This document shows positions 19,045 through 32,136 of a stretch of 64,000 nt of DNA, piece by piece (position 1 is the first letter of the stretch; each line of letters begins with the position of its first letter). This DNA is from an uncultured Gemmatimonadota bacterium (GTDB taxonomy: Bacteria; Blakebacterota; Blakebacteria; Blakebacterales; Blakebacteraceae). The notes under the pieces were generated by a model, which saw only the letters and a program-made list of their open reading frames with translations, made no database searches and had not been told where the DNA came from. The stretch covers positions 20,364-84,363 of the forward strand of contig CAZNUA010000009.1 of NCBI GenBank assembly GCA_964576115.1, read 5' to 3'. Position numbers and translations under genes: made by a program.

Positions 19045-20697
19045 ATGACACTCGATCCCGTCCTGCTCGAAGTCTACAAGCACCGCTTCGCCGGGGTGGC
19101 TGAAGAGATGGGCGCGGTTCTGCAGCGGACCGCGTCCTCGCCCAACATCAAGGAACGCCGCGACTACTCCTGCGCCCTCTTCGACTCCGCCGCCCGGGTC
19201 GTGGCCCAGGGCGATCACCTGCCGGTCCATCTGGGAAGCATGCCCCGATCGGTGGCCGCAGCCCTCGCGGGGGGGCCGCTGCGTCCGGGTGAGATCGTCA
19301 TCCTGAACGATCCCTTCGCCGGCGGCACGCACCTGCCCGACATCACCATGGTGGCGCCGGTCTGCGTTCCCGACGCCGCTCTCGCAGGGGTACAGGCCTC
19401 CGACCCCCCGCAGGGCTCCGGGGCCGGGAGCGCTTCCGGTCAGGATCGCTTCGAACCGCCCCGGTTTTACGTCGCGGCGCGGGCCCATCATGCCGATGTG
19501 GGCGGCATCGCGCCGGGATCGATGGCGGTCGCGACCGAGATCTACCAGGAGGGCCTGCGCATTCCGCCGATCCGCCTGCGCCGCCCCGGACAGACCGAAC
19601 CCGATCCCGACACCGTGGCGCTCCTGCTCGCCAACGTGCGGACCCCGGCCGAGCGCGAAGGGGACCTGCGGGCGCAGATGGCGGCTCTGGACGTCGGTGT
19701 GCGGCGGATGAACCAGATCATGGCCGAGCGGGGCGCCGGGGAACCGGTCCGCTACGCCGGGCATCTCATCGACTACGCCGAACGGATGACCCGGGCCCTG
19801 ATCGACGCTCTGCCCGACGGCACCTACAGCTTCTCCGACGCTCTGGACGACGACGGGCGGGGGAGCGGGCCCCTGCCGGTCACGGTCGCCGTCACCGTGG
19901 CGGGCGACAGTGTGACGGTCGATTTCACAGGCACCGCCCCGCAGTGCGCGGGACCGATGAACGCGGTCGAAGCGATCACCCTCTCGGCCACCGTCTATGT
20001 CTTCCGCTGTCTGCTCGATCCCTCGGTGCCGCCCAATGCCGGTTCCTTCGCGCCGATCAGGCTCGTGGCTCCCGCCGGCTCGCTCGCCAACGCCCGTCCC
20101 CCGGCGGCGGTGGCGGCCGGGAACGTGGAAACGAGCCAGCGCCTGGTGGACGTTCTCTTCGGGGCCCTGGCTTCGGCCGTGCCCGACCGGGTGCCGGCGG
20201 CCAGCCAGGGGACCATGAACAATCTCTCGATCGGGGGCACCGATCCCCGCACCGGAACGAGTTTTGCCTATTACGAGACCACCGGGGGCGGCATGGGAGG
20301 GCGGCCCTCGGGACCGGGCCCGGCGGCGATCCACTGTCACATGACCAATACCCGCAACACCCCGGTCGAGGCGCTCGAGCACGCCTACCCCTTCCGGGTG
20401 CGCCGCTACGGCATCCGGGCCGGCTCCGGCGGGGCGGGGCGGCATCCCGGTGGAGCGGGGATCGTGCGCGAACTCGAAATGCTGGCACCGGTCACCGTGA
20501 GCCTGCTCACCGAACGGCGCGTGACCGCTCCCTGGGGTCTGCAGGGCGGCTCGCCCGGCGCGGTGGGCCGCAATACCCTGCTGCGTCCGGGCTTCGAGCC
20601 CGAGGATGCGGGCGGCAAGGGCACCTGGCAGCTCGAACCGGGCCAGGCCATCCGGCTCGAAACCCCCGGTGGAGGCGGGTGGGGAGCAGGAAAGTAA
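19045..20697 (+). CDS. Hydantoinase/5-oxoprolinase subunit B (HyuB-like)
   Basis: SPNIKERRDYSCALFD, PVHLGSM, NDPFAGGTHLPD, AHHADVGG, TNTRNTPVE, ETPGGGGWG; ATG starts after a 1-nt gap from the pfkB stop. Confidence 0.92.
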   Translation: MTLDPVLLEVYKHRFAGVAEEMGAVLQRTASSPNIKERRDYSCALFDSAARVVAQGDHLPVHLGSMPRSVAAALAGGPLRPGEIVILNDPFAGGTHLPDITMVAPVCVPDAALAGVQASDPPQGSGAGSASGQDRFEPPRFYVAARAHHADVGGIAPGSMAVATEIYQEGLRIPPIRLRRPGQTEPDPDTVALLLANVRTPAEREGDLRAQMAALDVGVRRMNQIMAERGAGEPVRYAGHLIDYAERMTRALIDALPDGTYSFSDALDDDGRGSGPLPVTVAVTVAGDSVTVDFTGTAPQCAGPMNAVEAITLSATVYVFRCLLDPSVPPNAGSFAPIRLVAPAGSLANARPPAAVAAGNVETSQRLVDVLFGALASAVPDRVPAASQGTMNNLSIGGTDPRTGTSFAYYETTGGGMGGRPSGPGPAAIHCHMTNTRNTPVEALEHAYPFRVRRYGIRAGSGGAGRHPGGAGIVRELEMLAPVTVSLLTERRVTAPWGLQGGSPGAVGRNTLLRPGFEPEDAGGKGTWQLEPGQAIRLETPGGGGWGAGK

Positions 20698-20805
20698 GCC
20701 CGGACAAAGAGGCCGGGAGCCGGTTCGACCTCCCCTTTTGTCGGGGGTCGCTGTAGGATGGTATCTCGATGAGCTTCCTACCCCCCCCAGAGCGAGGATC
20801 TGTGA

Positions 20806-21972
20806 TTGGACGCCTGTCTGGTCCTTGAAGACGGCCGTGTGTTTCGGGGCAAGGCCTTCGGTGCCGTGCGTGACGCTCCCGGGGAAGTCGTTTTCAATAC
20901 CGCCATGACAGGGTACCAGGAGATCCTCACCGACCCCTCCTACGCCGGTCAGATCGTGGTCATGACCTACCCCCTGATCGGAAACTACGGCGTGACCCCT
21001 GAAGACGCCGAATCACGCGGGGTGTGGCCCGAGGGATTCGTAGTGCGCGAGTACAGTGATCTCTTCTCGAACTGGCGGGGACGACAGGACCTGGTGCTCT
21101 ACCTGCGCGAGCACCGGGTGGCGGGCATCACCGGGGTCGATACCCGGGCCCTGACCCGGCACATCCGTTCGGCCGGCGCCATGCGCGGGATCATCTCGAC
21201 CGACCCCGACACCGACCGCCTCCTCGAGGCGGTCAGGGCCAGCCCCGAGATGTCGGGGCGGGACCTGGTCCACGACGTCACCGTCGCCGAAGCCTACGGC
21301 TGGCACGAGCCGACCCCGATCCCCTTCGGCATCCACGACGAAACCCTCGCTCACGAGGCGGTGCCGGCCGGGGAGCCCCCCCTGCCCGCCGGCGAGCTGC
21401 GCGTGGTGGTGATGGATTACGGCGTGAAATACAACATCCTGCGGCGGCTGGTGGATGTCGGGGGGACGGTGACGGTCGTGCCCGCCGACACGAGCGCCGA
21501 CGAGGTGCTGGCGCTGCAACCCCACGGGGTGGTCTTTTCGAACGGTCCCGGCGATCCGGCCGCCCTGCCCGGCATCGTCGAGACCGCCGGTCATCTGGCC
21601 CGGGCGGTCCCCTGTTTCGGGATCTGCCTCGGGCACCAGATCCTGGGCCAGGCCTTCGGCTATCGAACCTTCAAGCTCGCTTTCGGCCACCACGGCGCCA
21701 ACCATCCGGTCCGGCGCCTGGATACGGGCCGGGTCGAGATCACCAGCCAGAACCACGGCTTCGCGGTCGATCTCGCTTCAGGGGGCTCGGGGCTCGTCGA
21801 GACCCACCTCAACCTCAACGACGGCACCAACGAGGGCTTCCGGCACGCCGAACTGCCCGTTTTCGCCGTGCAGTACCATCCCGAGGCTTCGCCGGGACCG
21901 CGTGATGCGGCCTACCTGTTCCGGGAATTCGTCCGTGCCATGGGCACCTGCCGCGATTCGGGAGGGCCCTGA
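20806..21972 (+). CDS. carA: Carbamoyl-phosphate synthase small subunit
   Basis: [38 protein letters not shown]. Confidence 0.97.
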   Translation: MDACLVLEDGRVFRGKAFGAVRDAPGEVVFNTAMTGYQEILTDPSYAGQIVVMTYPLIGNYGVTPEDAESRGVWPEGFVVREYSDLFSNWRGRQDLVLYLREHRVAGITGVDTRALTRHIRSAGAMRGIISTDPDTDRLLEAVRASPEMSGRDLVHDVTVAEAYGWHEPTPIPFGIHDETLAHEAVPAGEPPLPAGELRVVVMDYGVKYNILRRLVDVGGTVTVVPADTSADEVLALQPHGVVFSNGPGDPAALPGIVETAGHLARAVPCFGICLGHQILGQAFGYRTFKLAFGHHGANHPVRRLDTGRVEITSQNHGFAVDLASGGSGLVETHLNLNDGTNEGFRHAELPVFAVQYHPEASPGPRDAAYLFREFVRAMGTCRDSGGP

Positions 21973-21974
21973 AA

Positions 21975-25219
<3,245 letters not shown>

Positions 25220-25223
<4 letters not shown>

Positions 25224-26626
25224 ACGTTACCCCCGATCCCGAAACCGAACAGTTGACCGAGATCGACGGTCCGACCCCGGATCAGGACTCCAGGGCTCTG
25301 ATCCCCCCGCCGGGGGAGGAAGGGGACGGGCTGCGCGACGGCCTGCTGGTCAAGGACGCCGAACCGGAGACGATCGTCCGCCGGCGTTCCGAATACCTGC
25401 AGCGGGCCTATCTGATGATCCGGGGCCGGTGGATCGCCATTATCGTCCTGGCGGTCACAACCGTCCTGGTCACCTGGATCGGTCAGTTCAAATACGATCT
25501 GAGGTGGCCCGGTCTTGTCCTGGTGGCAATGGCCCTGTACAACGTTTTCTTCGAGATCGATTTTCACTTCCGGGAGCGGCGCGAACTCGACCTCAAGGGA
25601 CTGGGGGCGGTCTACCGCTCGGGCCTGGTGCAGATCGACCTCGATCTGGTCGCGCTGACGATTCTGATCTATCTCACCGGGGGAATCGAGAGCCCCTTCG
25701 TCTTCTTTTACATTTTCCATACCCTGGTGGCGTCCTACACCCTGTCACGCCGCGAGACCTACTGGCAGGCCACCCTGGCGGTGGGGCTCTTTCTCTCGAT
25801 GTGCCTGCTGAACTACGATCCGATCACGCTCGATATCATCAACGCCGAGGTCCTGAAATTCATCGGCATCTACACCGATTACGAGATCGCCATCAACCCG
25901 ACCGGCGATCCCCTGCTCGATCCCCGCTATCTGAACATCTCCTTCATTCTGGCCTACAATTTCGCCCTGGCGGCCGTGCTCTATATTTCGGCGGCGATCG
26001 GCTCCTCGCTCTCTCAGCGCTACCGCGAGAAAGAACAGGCGATCCGCGAGCAGGCCATCACCGACGGCCTGACCGGCCTCTACAACTACCGCCACTTCAG
26101 CTCCCAGCTCGAACTGGAGTTCGAGCGGGCCCGCCGCTACGGACACGAGATGAGCCTGGTGATGATCGACATGGACGGTCTGAAACGCTGGAACGACATG
26201 CACGGACACCTGCTGGGCTCGCAGGCCCTCAAGGAGATTGCCGAGATCCTCAAAGGCACCACCCGCCCGGTCGATGTCGTCGCCAAGTACGGCGGAGACG
26301 AATTCGCTCTGATTTTACCCGAAACCGGTAAGGAGGGGGGAACCCTGGTGGCCGAACGGATCCGGCAGGAGGTGCAGGATCACAATTTCATGGAAGCCGA
26401 CCGCAAGCGCACCGGGCGGCTCTCGGTTTCGGGCGGGGTGGCGGTCTTTCCCGACGACGCCTCGGCCATTCGCGAGCTGGTCGATGTCGCCGACAGCTGT
26501 CTGTACGCAGCCAAACAGGCGGGGCGCAACCGCATCAAAGTGGCCGGCCGCGAGGGCTTTCTGGGCGGGGATGTCGACGGGATCGGCCGCGAAGGACCGG
26601 CCGCGGTCCCCGATTCGGGTTCCTGA
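25220..26626 (+). CDS. Membrane-bound diguanylate cyclase (GGDEF)
   Basis: Several N-terminal TM helices; [14 protein letters not shown]-site, YGGDEF; GTGA overlap with the carB stop. Confidence 0.92.
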
Positions 26627-26668
26627 TAGCGGGAACAGGCTCATCCTCTCAACCGTCATACTTTTACC

Positions 26669-28930
26669 GTGATGAAACGTCTGCGACCGACATATGACCT
26701 GCGCCCCCGGCGCCGAACGGCGGTTGCGGTTCTGCTGCTGGCGGGGCTGACGCTCACGACTGCCGCGGCGTCGCCGACGGCCGACCGGCTGCCTCAGGAG
26801 CCCCCCGACGACATGGCGGCGGCCATGGCCGAAGGAATCCGGGCCTTCGGGCTGCCCGATTACGACGCCGCCCGGGACGCCTTCCGGCGGGCCGCCCGTC
26901 TCGATTCGCGCGCGCCCCTGCCCCACGTCTGGCTGGCCCGCTGCGACATCGCCGAACGAAACGACGATTTCGATCGCGACGACCGTCACCGCAGGGCCGA
27001 GCGCGAACTCGATCGGGCCCTGCGCCGCGACCCGGGGAACCGCGAGGCGCGGTACTGGCAGGCCCGGCTGCTGACCATCATGGGGGGCAACCGCAACCTG
27101 GCCGACGCGAAAACCCTGTACCGCGAACTGCTCGACGAAGCCCCTCTCTACGAAGATGTCATGCTCCGCCTGCTCGAGATCAATATCGAGTCGCGGACGC
27201 TCGACACCTACCTGGTCGAACTCGACGAACTGGCCCGTACCGATCCCGACGATCCGGTGAACCTCTACCGCTACGCCGATGCCCTGCGCATGAACGGCGA
27301 TTTCGGACGGGCCGAGGCGATGCTGCGTCTGATCGGGCGCCGGTGGCGCGACTTCGCGCCCGGCTGGGTCAGCTATTCCCTGGCCCTGACCCTCTTCGAG
27401 CTCGAGGAGTGGGGCGAGGGTACGGCCGCGTACCTCGACGCCATCACCTTCATGGAGAACCCGGCCCTGGCCCGCACGATGTGGGAGGATATCCGCTACA
27501 TCGCCAACCTCTATGAACTGGCCCGCTTCCGCCGGGCCTCGACGGTCGAAGAGTACCGCGAGGCCCTGCGGGCTTTCTGGAAGCGGCGCGATCCCACCAA
27601 GACCAGCCCCGACAATGAGCGGATCGGGGTGCACTATCAGCGCCTGAAGGTGGCGTGGGAATCGTACCGGCTGGCCGGCCTGCGCACAGCCTACAACGAT
27701 CCCGATACCGACGGTCTCCTGCGCAAACCGCCCACCTACGATATCGAATCCCCCTTCAACGACATGGGCCTGGTCTACCTGCGGCACGGCGAGCCCGACG
27801 AGACCTCGCATTCGCACGATGTCGAGGTGGACAACATGTCGTGGGCGTACTACGAAGAGGCGGGGCGGCCGGAGATGTTCTTCCACTTCGAGCAGCACTC
27901 CCTCGGCGGAAGCTGGCGTCTGGTCCCCTTCCCCGACCCTGCCTATGCCGAATCGCGCACCTCGATGGATCCCAAATTCGGGCTGCTGATGCGCGGGGTG
28001 GACCCGCAGATCGAATCCATGTTCGCCGCCGACGCCAATGCCGACGTGCAGGAGGGCTTCACCACCGACACCTATCTTCCCGAACGGGAGGTCATCCCGC
28101 TCACCGTCTTCAACGATGAGGCGACCTTCAAGGCCGCCGGCGGCTTGAGCCGCCACGAAGCCTACTGGGCGATCCCGATCGTCGAGCTGCTCACCTCCGA
28201 AGCCCTCGAGCGCGGCTCGGTGACGGTCAAGGTCAGCCTCAGCCTCTTCACGGATGACTACCGCGAGGTGTACCGCAACGAACGCCTTCTGCCCCTGCGG
28301 CTGAGTTCCGATATGGCGGCCGGGAGCATCACGGTCGACCAGGAAGTCATGGCGGTTCCCCCGGGGAATTACCTGCTGGCCCTGCAGGTCTGTGACGAGA
28401 GCGAAGAACGGATGCAGATCCAGGAGATCGAGACCGTCGTCGACGCTTACCCCGAGGGCGAACTGCTGATCAGCGACGTCGAGATCTGCTCCCAGATCAG
28501 GGAAGGGGTGTTCAGCGGCCCGCTGCGGGCCTTCGCCAAAGGAGGGGGGACGGTCATTCCCCTGCCGACCCGGATTTATCCGCCCGATCAGCCGGCTCTG
28601 ATCTACTTCGACATTTACGGGCTGGCCAAGGACGAGTACAACGCCACCCGCTATCGCATTTCCTACCGGCTCGACCCGGGCAGCGGTGAGCAGGGGCGCA
28701 TGGACAGGGTGCGGATCGGCGGCCGGGAGGGACGCTCCCAGGAGACCGGCGGGATCATCGTGACCCTCGACGAGGAGTCGGGTATCTCGAGCGATGAACA
28801 CAGGACCTTGACCATCGACCTGGGTGAGAGCAGCTTCAGAACGTACACCCTGCGGATCACGGTCGAGGATCTCGTCTCGGGCCGCGAGACTTTCCAGACC
28901 ACCTTCTTCAGGGTCAACCGGGGCGGGTGA
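26669..28930 (+). CDS. Secreted TPR plus GWxTD-like domain protein
   Basis: Signal peptide, TPR-like helices, FWKRRDPT..DNE..HYQR, NDMGLVYLRHGEPD, beta-rich C-terminus. Confidence 0.72.
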   Translation: MMKRLRPTYDLRPRRRTAVAVLLLAGLTLTTAAASPTADRLPQEPPDDMAAAMAEGIRAFGLPDYDAARDAFRRAARLDSRAPLPHVWLARCDIAERNDDFDRDDRHRRAERELDRALRRDPGNREARYWQARLLTIMGGNRNLADAKTLYRELLDEAPLYEDVMLRLLEINIESRTLDTYLVELDELARTDPDDPVNLYRYADALRMNGDFGRAEAMLRLIGRRWRDFAPGWVSYSLALTLFELEEWGEGTAAYLDAITFMENPALARTMWEDIRYIANLYELARFRRASTVEEYREALRAFWKRRDPTKTSPDNERIGVHYQRLKVAWESYRLAGLRTAYNDPDTDGLLRKPPTYDIESPFNDMGLVYLRHGEPDETSHSHDVEVDNMSWAYYEEAGRPEMFFHFEQHSLGGSWRLVPFPDPAYAESRTSMDPKFGLLMRGVDPQIESMFAADANADVQEGFTTDTYLPEREVIPLTVFNDEATFKAAGGLSRHEAYWAIPIVELLTSEALERGSVTVKVSLSLFTDDYREVYRNERLLPLRLSSDMAAGSITVDQEVMAVPPGNYLLALQVCDESEERMQIQEIETVVDAYPEGELLISDVEICSQIREGVFSGPLRAFAKGGGTVIPLPTRIYPPDQPALIYFDIYGLAKDEYNATRYRISYRLDPGSGEQGRMDRVRIGGREGRSQETGGIIVTLDEESGISSDEHRTLTIDLGESSFRTYTLRITVEDLVSGRETFQTTFFRVNRGG

Positions 28931-29013
28931 GCGGACGTCGGCGGGATGGCGCGGGTGAGCCGACGCCGGCCGGGCGGCGCGGGCGCACCGCCCCCGGAGC
29001 GAAAACGGACCGG

Positions 29014-29763
29014 ATGAGCACAAACCCCTGCACGGGAGCCGAAGCGATCCTCTTCGATGTGCTCCACACCCTGGTGGATGACGACGGCTTTCCCCGCTAT
29101 CAGCTCCGCGAGATGCTGGCCGCCGAGGGCCACGAGGCCGACCTGCCCCTGTTCGAGGAGGTCTACCGCGAACTCACCACCCGCGAGTACGACTGGGAAA
29201 CGGCGGCCCGCGAAGAGCCTTTCCGCTCGATCCACGACCGCCATCGCAGCCGGCTCACGACGCTCTACCGTCACTACGGTCTCGATCGCGACCGCGATCT
29301 GGAAAGCGACATCGCCCGGCTGTGGGAACGGATAGGGGAATCCTCGCTCTATCCCGAGGCCGCGGACGTGCTCCGGGCTCTGGCCGCACGAGGCTACCGG
29401 CTGGCCCTGGTCAGCAACGCCGACGAGGACGATCCGGTCCTCGGCGCTCTCGGTCGGGCCGGGCTCGAAGTCCAGTTCGCAGCTGTGGTGACCAGCCAGG
29501 GGGCCGGGGCCTACAAACCCGCCCCGGCTGTCTTCGAACAAGCTCTGGGAACTCTCGGTATCGAGCCCGCCCGGGCGGTCATGGTGGGAGACAGCCCGGC
29601 CTCGGATATGCTCGGTGCGCACCGGGTCGGGATCCCGACGGTCTGGGTCAACCGGAAGGGCCGTCCCTACCCCCCCGGGTACCCCGAGCCGGGAGTCGAA
29701 GTCGCCGACCTGCGGGGACTGCTCGATATTCTGCCCGGTCCGCCGGGAACCGGGGGCGGTTGA
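29014..29763 (+). CDS. HAD-superfamily hydrolase (subfamily IA)
   Basis: ILFDVLHTLVD, LVSNAD, YKPAP, MVGDSPASD; start could alternatively be GTG at 28927. Confidence 0.88.
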   Translation: MSTNPCTGAEAILFDVLHTLVDDDGFPRYQLREMLAAEGHEADLPLFEEVYRELTTREYDWETAAREEPFRSIHDRHRSRLTTLYRHYGLDRDRDLESDIARLWERIGESSLYPEAADVLRALAARGYRLALVSNADEDDPVLGALGRAGLEVQFAAVVTSQGAGAYKPAPAVFEQALGTLGIEPARAVMVGDSPASDMLGAHRVGIPTVWVNRKGRPYPPGYPEPGVEVADLRGLLDILPGPPGTGGG

Positions 29764-29802
29764 GGGTACGATACCCGGCATCATTTTCGGAGGAGGCGAG
29801 GA

Positions 29803-30414
29803 ATGCGTTTCGTCGGCACGCTGATCATGGGATTCGTTCTGGTGCTCATCATCGCTGCGGTCGGATTCCTCTTCGTCGGCGGCACCGAGCAGGCGGTGAT
29901 CGAGACCGAACCGGGCCGGATCGTGATCACCTTCTTCGGCCGCGAGGCTCCCGGGCATGTGAAGAATTTCAAGAAGCTCAGCCGGGACGGATTCTACGAC
30001 GGGACGGCCTTTTTCCGGGCCGTGCCCGGTTTCGTGGTCCAGGGAGGCGATCCGCGGACCCGGGACGACAATCCCTACAACGACGGCACCGGCGGGCCGG
30101 GGTACACGCTCGAACCCGAGTTCAACGAGATTCCTCACCAGCGGGGTATCGTCTCGATGGCCCGGGGGGAACGGCTCGATACCGCCGGCAGCCAGTTCTT
30201 CATCTGTCTGGACCGTCTGCCCGCGCTGGATCGGCAGTACACCGTCTTCGGTCAGGTCGTCGAGGGTATCGAAGTCTGCGACGCCATCGCCGCCCGGCCC
30301 CACTACAGCGACGATCCCATGCTCTACGAGCACCTGCGCGAACCGGTCGTGGTCCGGTCGGTCACGATTCAGACGGTGTACCGCCTGCCCCTGATCGGGG
30401 AGTTCACGCTGTAG
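29803..30414 (+). CDS. Cyclophilin-type peptidyl-prolyl cis-trans isomerase, N-terminal membrane anchor
   Basis: APGHVKNF, FYDGT, FVVQGGDP, SMARG, AGSQFFI, YTVFGQV; strong SD. Confidence 0.93.
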   Translation: MRFVGTLIMGFVLVLIIAAVGFLFVGGTEQAVIETEPGRIVITFFGREAPGHVKNFKKLSRDGFYDGTAFFRAVPGFVVQGGDPRTRDDNPYNDGTGGPGYTLEPEFNEIPHQRGIVSMARGERLDTAGSQFFICLDRLPALDRQYTVFGQVVEGIEVCDAIAARPHYSDDPMLYEHLREPVVVRSVTIQTVYRLPLIGEFTL

Positions 30415-30480
30415 AGAACGTCCCCGGGGGGCCGGAACATCGGCGGGGGAACAAACATCGGCGGGATTTTCTCGCGGTGA

Positions 30481-30511
30481 AAGAAACCCCCCGGGCTGCG
30501 AGCCCGGGGGG
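30481..30511 (-). terminator. Intrinsic terminator downstream of the ECF operon
   Basis: 11-bp stem CCCCCCGGGCT/AGCCCGGGGGG with a 3-nt loop, followed on the minus strand by TTTCTT. Confidence 0.65.
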
Positions 30512-30612
30512 CGGGGGGTGGCGGTGAGGGTGGCTTCTCACCGCCGGTCGGAAGGTTTCTGGAGTTGCGGCCGGATCCGGGCGGGCGGAACGATCGCCCG
30601 CGGGCAGGACCG

Positions 30613-32136
30613 CTACTCCGGCTTTTTATTGGTCACCAGCCGGTTGTAGAGCCACTCGGGGGCGTCGGCCTGCCCGGCGGCCTGGCGCACGTCGCTGATG
30701 CGGGCCTGGACCAGGAAACGGCTCACCCCCGACTGCAGCAGGGCCGCACCCGAACCCACGTCGTAGTTGATCCCGACCCATTCGTCGTCGTCCAGTTCGG
30801 TCAGGGTGGTGCCGTAGGTGGCCAGGATCTCGGCGGTCTTGTGCATCAGGGCCTCGAGGTGCTCTTCGAGCCGGGCCCGCGAGGCCTCCGGATCGTCCAG
30901 AACGGTGCGCAGGGGGCGAGCGGTCCGCCGCTCCGAGGTCGGAAGGTCGGGCTCCGGTACGGCAACGTCGGTCTCCATCATGACCACACTGCTCATCCGG
31001 GCACTGCGGTTGAAGATCACTCCGTAACCGGGCAGATAGCGGGCGCGCGAGCCGCCGCCGTACACGCTCCAGGAACTGCCCCCCCCGATGACATAGGTCT
31101 GGGCCAGCATGTCATAGGCTTCGGCCGCTTCTCCCTCGCGCCGGGAAGTAAACCCCCGGAAGGACTCGGCGATGATCTCATTCATGATCTGGACCTGGGT
31201 CCGCAGCGCCTCGCTCATGTCGTTGGTGCCGCGCGAGACCTGCACCGCCTGCCGGGCCCGCTCGATCTCGCCGGGGCCGCCCAGCCGGTCGCGCTCGACG
31301 GTCAGGGTGAGGTTGTGCTCCTCGTCATCGCCCTGTTCGAAGAGGATGGTGATGACCTCGTCGTCGGCGGCCTGGTGCAGGGTGTGGCCGTAGGTGGCCA
31401 GGGCGGTTACCAGGGCGTCGAGGATGCGATTCTCGTACTCCCTGCGCCACTGAGCGAACAGTTCGCTGAGGTGCTCGGACCGCTGCCGGCGTTCCTGCAG
31501 AGTCGCCTCGACCCGCTGTTCGGTTTCTTCGTCGGGCACGGTCTCGGTCCGCCCGCTCCGGCCGGCGGCGGCCCGGCTATCCTGCCGTCGGGCGATCAGG
31601 TCCTCGAGCTGGCGGTTCTGCTCCTGAAGCTGCAGCACCAGGTTGCCGCCGTCGGATACCAGACCGATACCGCCCGAGCGCAGCGACCAGCGGATGGTGA
31701 AGAGGTACCCGTAGCCGTTCATGTAGAAACCCGACACACTGCTCGGGCCCGAACCGGGATACCGGAAGTAGTTCACGGGGACATCTCTTTCCAGAACACG
31801 GCCCTCGCGCAGGAAGTAGGCGGAAAAGGTGTTCGCTCCTTCGGTATCCACCAGCTCCTCGGGCACATCGGGGGCTTCGACCGCCGACAGGGTGGTCGAG
31901 AGAATCCGGTTCATGATCCGGATCTCGGGTGATTCCTGCGGGCCCTCGCTCACCCCGATCTGGGGGTAGTAGGCACCGGCAAGCTGGTCGTACATAACCA
32001 GGTTGGAGCCGACGGCAACGTACGTTTCGTCGGGGGTGGTAACCTCGGCGACCTGGGCTCGGGCCCCAACCGCGCCGAGCAACAGAGCGGTGCCCAGACC
32101 GATCAACAGGGGGCTGGAGTACCGTTTCATGATCAT
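30613..32136 (-). CDS. Secreted hypothetical protein with two homologous internal repeats
   Basis: Signal peptide MKRYSSPLLIGLGTALLLGAVGARA; repeated IMN.I / YxxGYGxxF / LATYGxTL blocks; overlaps the anti-sigma stop. Confidence 0.8.
   Translation of the reverse strand: MIMKRYSSPLLIGLGTALLLGAVGARAQVAEVTTPDETYVAVGSNLVMYDQLAGAYYPQIGVSEGPQESPEIRIMNRILSTTLSAVEAPDVPEELVDTEGANTFSAYFLREGRVLERDVPVNYFRYPGSGPSSVSGFYMNGYGYLFTIRWSLRSGGIGLVSDGGNLVLQLQEQNRQLEDLIARRQDSRAAAGRSGRTETVPDEETEQRVEATLQERRQRSEHLSELFAQWRREYENRILDALVTALATYGHTLHQAADDEVITILFEQGDDEEHNLTLTVERDRLGGPGEIERARQAVQVSRGTNDMSEALRTQVQIMNEIIAESFRGFTSRREGEAAEAYDMLAQTYVIGGGSSWSVYGGGSRARYLPGYGVIFNRSARMSSVVMMETDVAVPEPDLPTSERRTARPLRTVLDDPEASRARLEEHLEALMHKTAEILATYGTTLTELDDDEWVGINYDVGSGAALLQSGVSRFLVQARISDVRQAAGQADAPEWLYNRLVTNKKPE

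Noticed and set aside
20765-20805. Pyrimidine-rich tract before carA as a reiterative-transcription or attenuation signal
   Set aside because: No mapped TSS, no terminator/antiterminator pair and no PyrR-type loop visible; insufficient evidence.
30436-30465. 12-bp direct repeat AACATCGGCGGG x2 downstream of the cyclophilin gene
   Set aside because: Two copies only, in a convergent 3' region; most likely a local duplication with no evident function.
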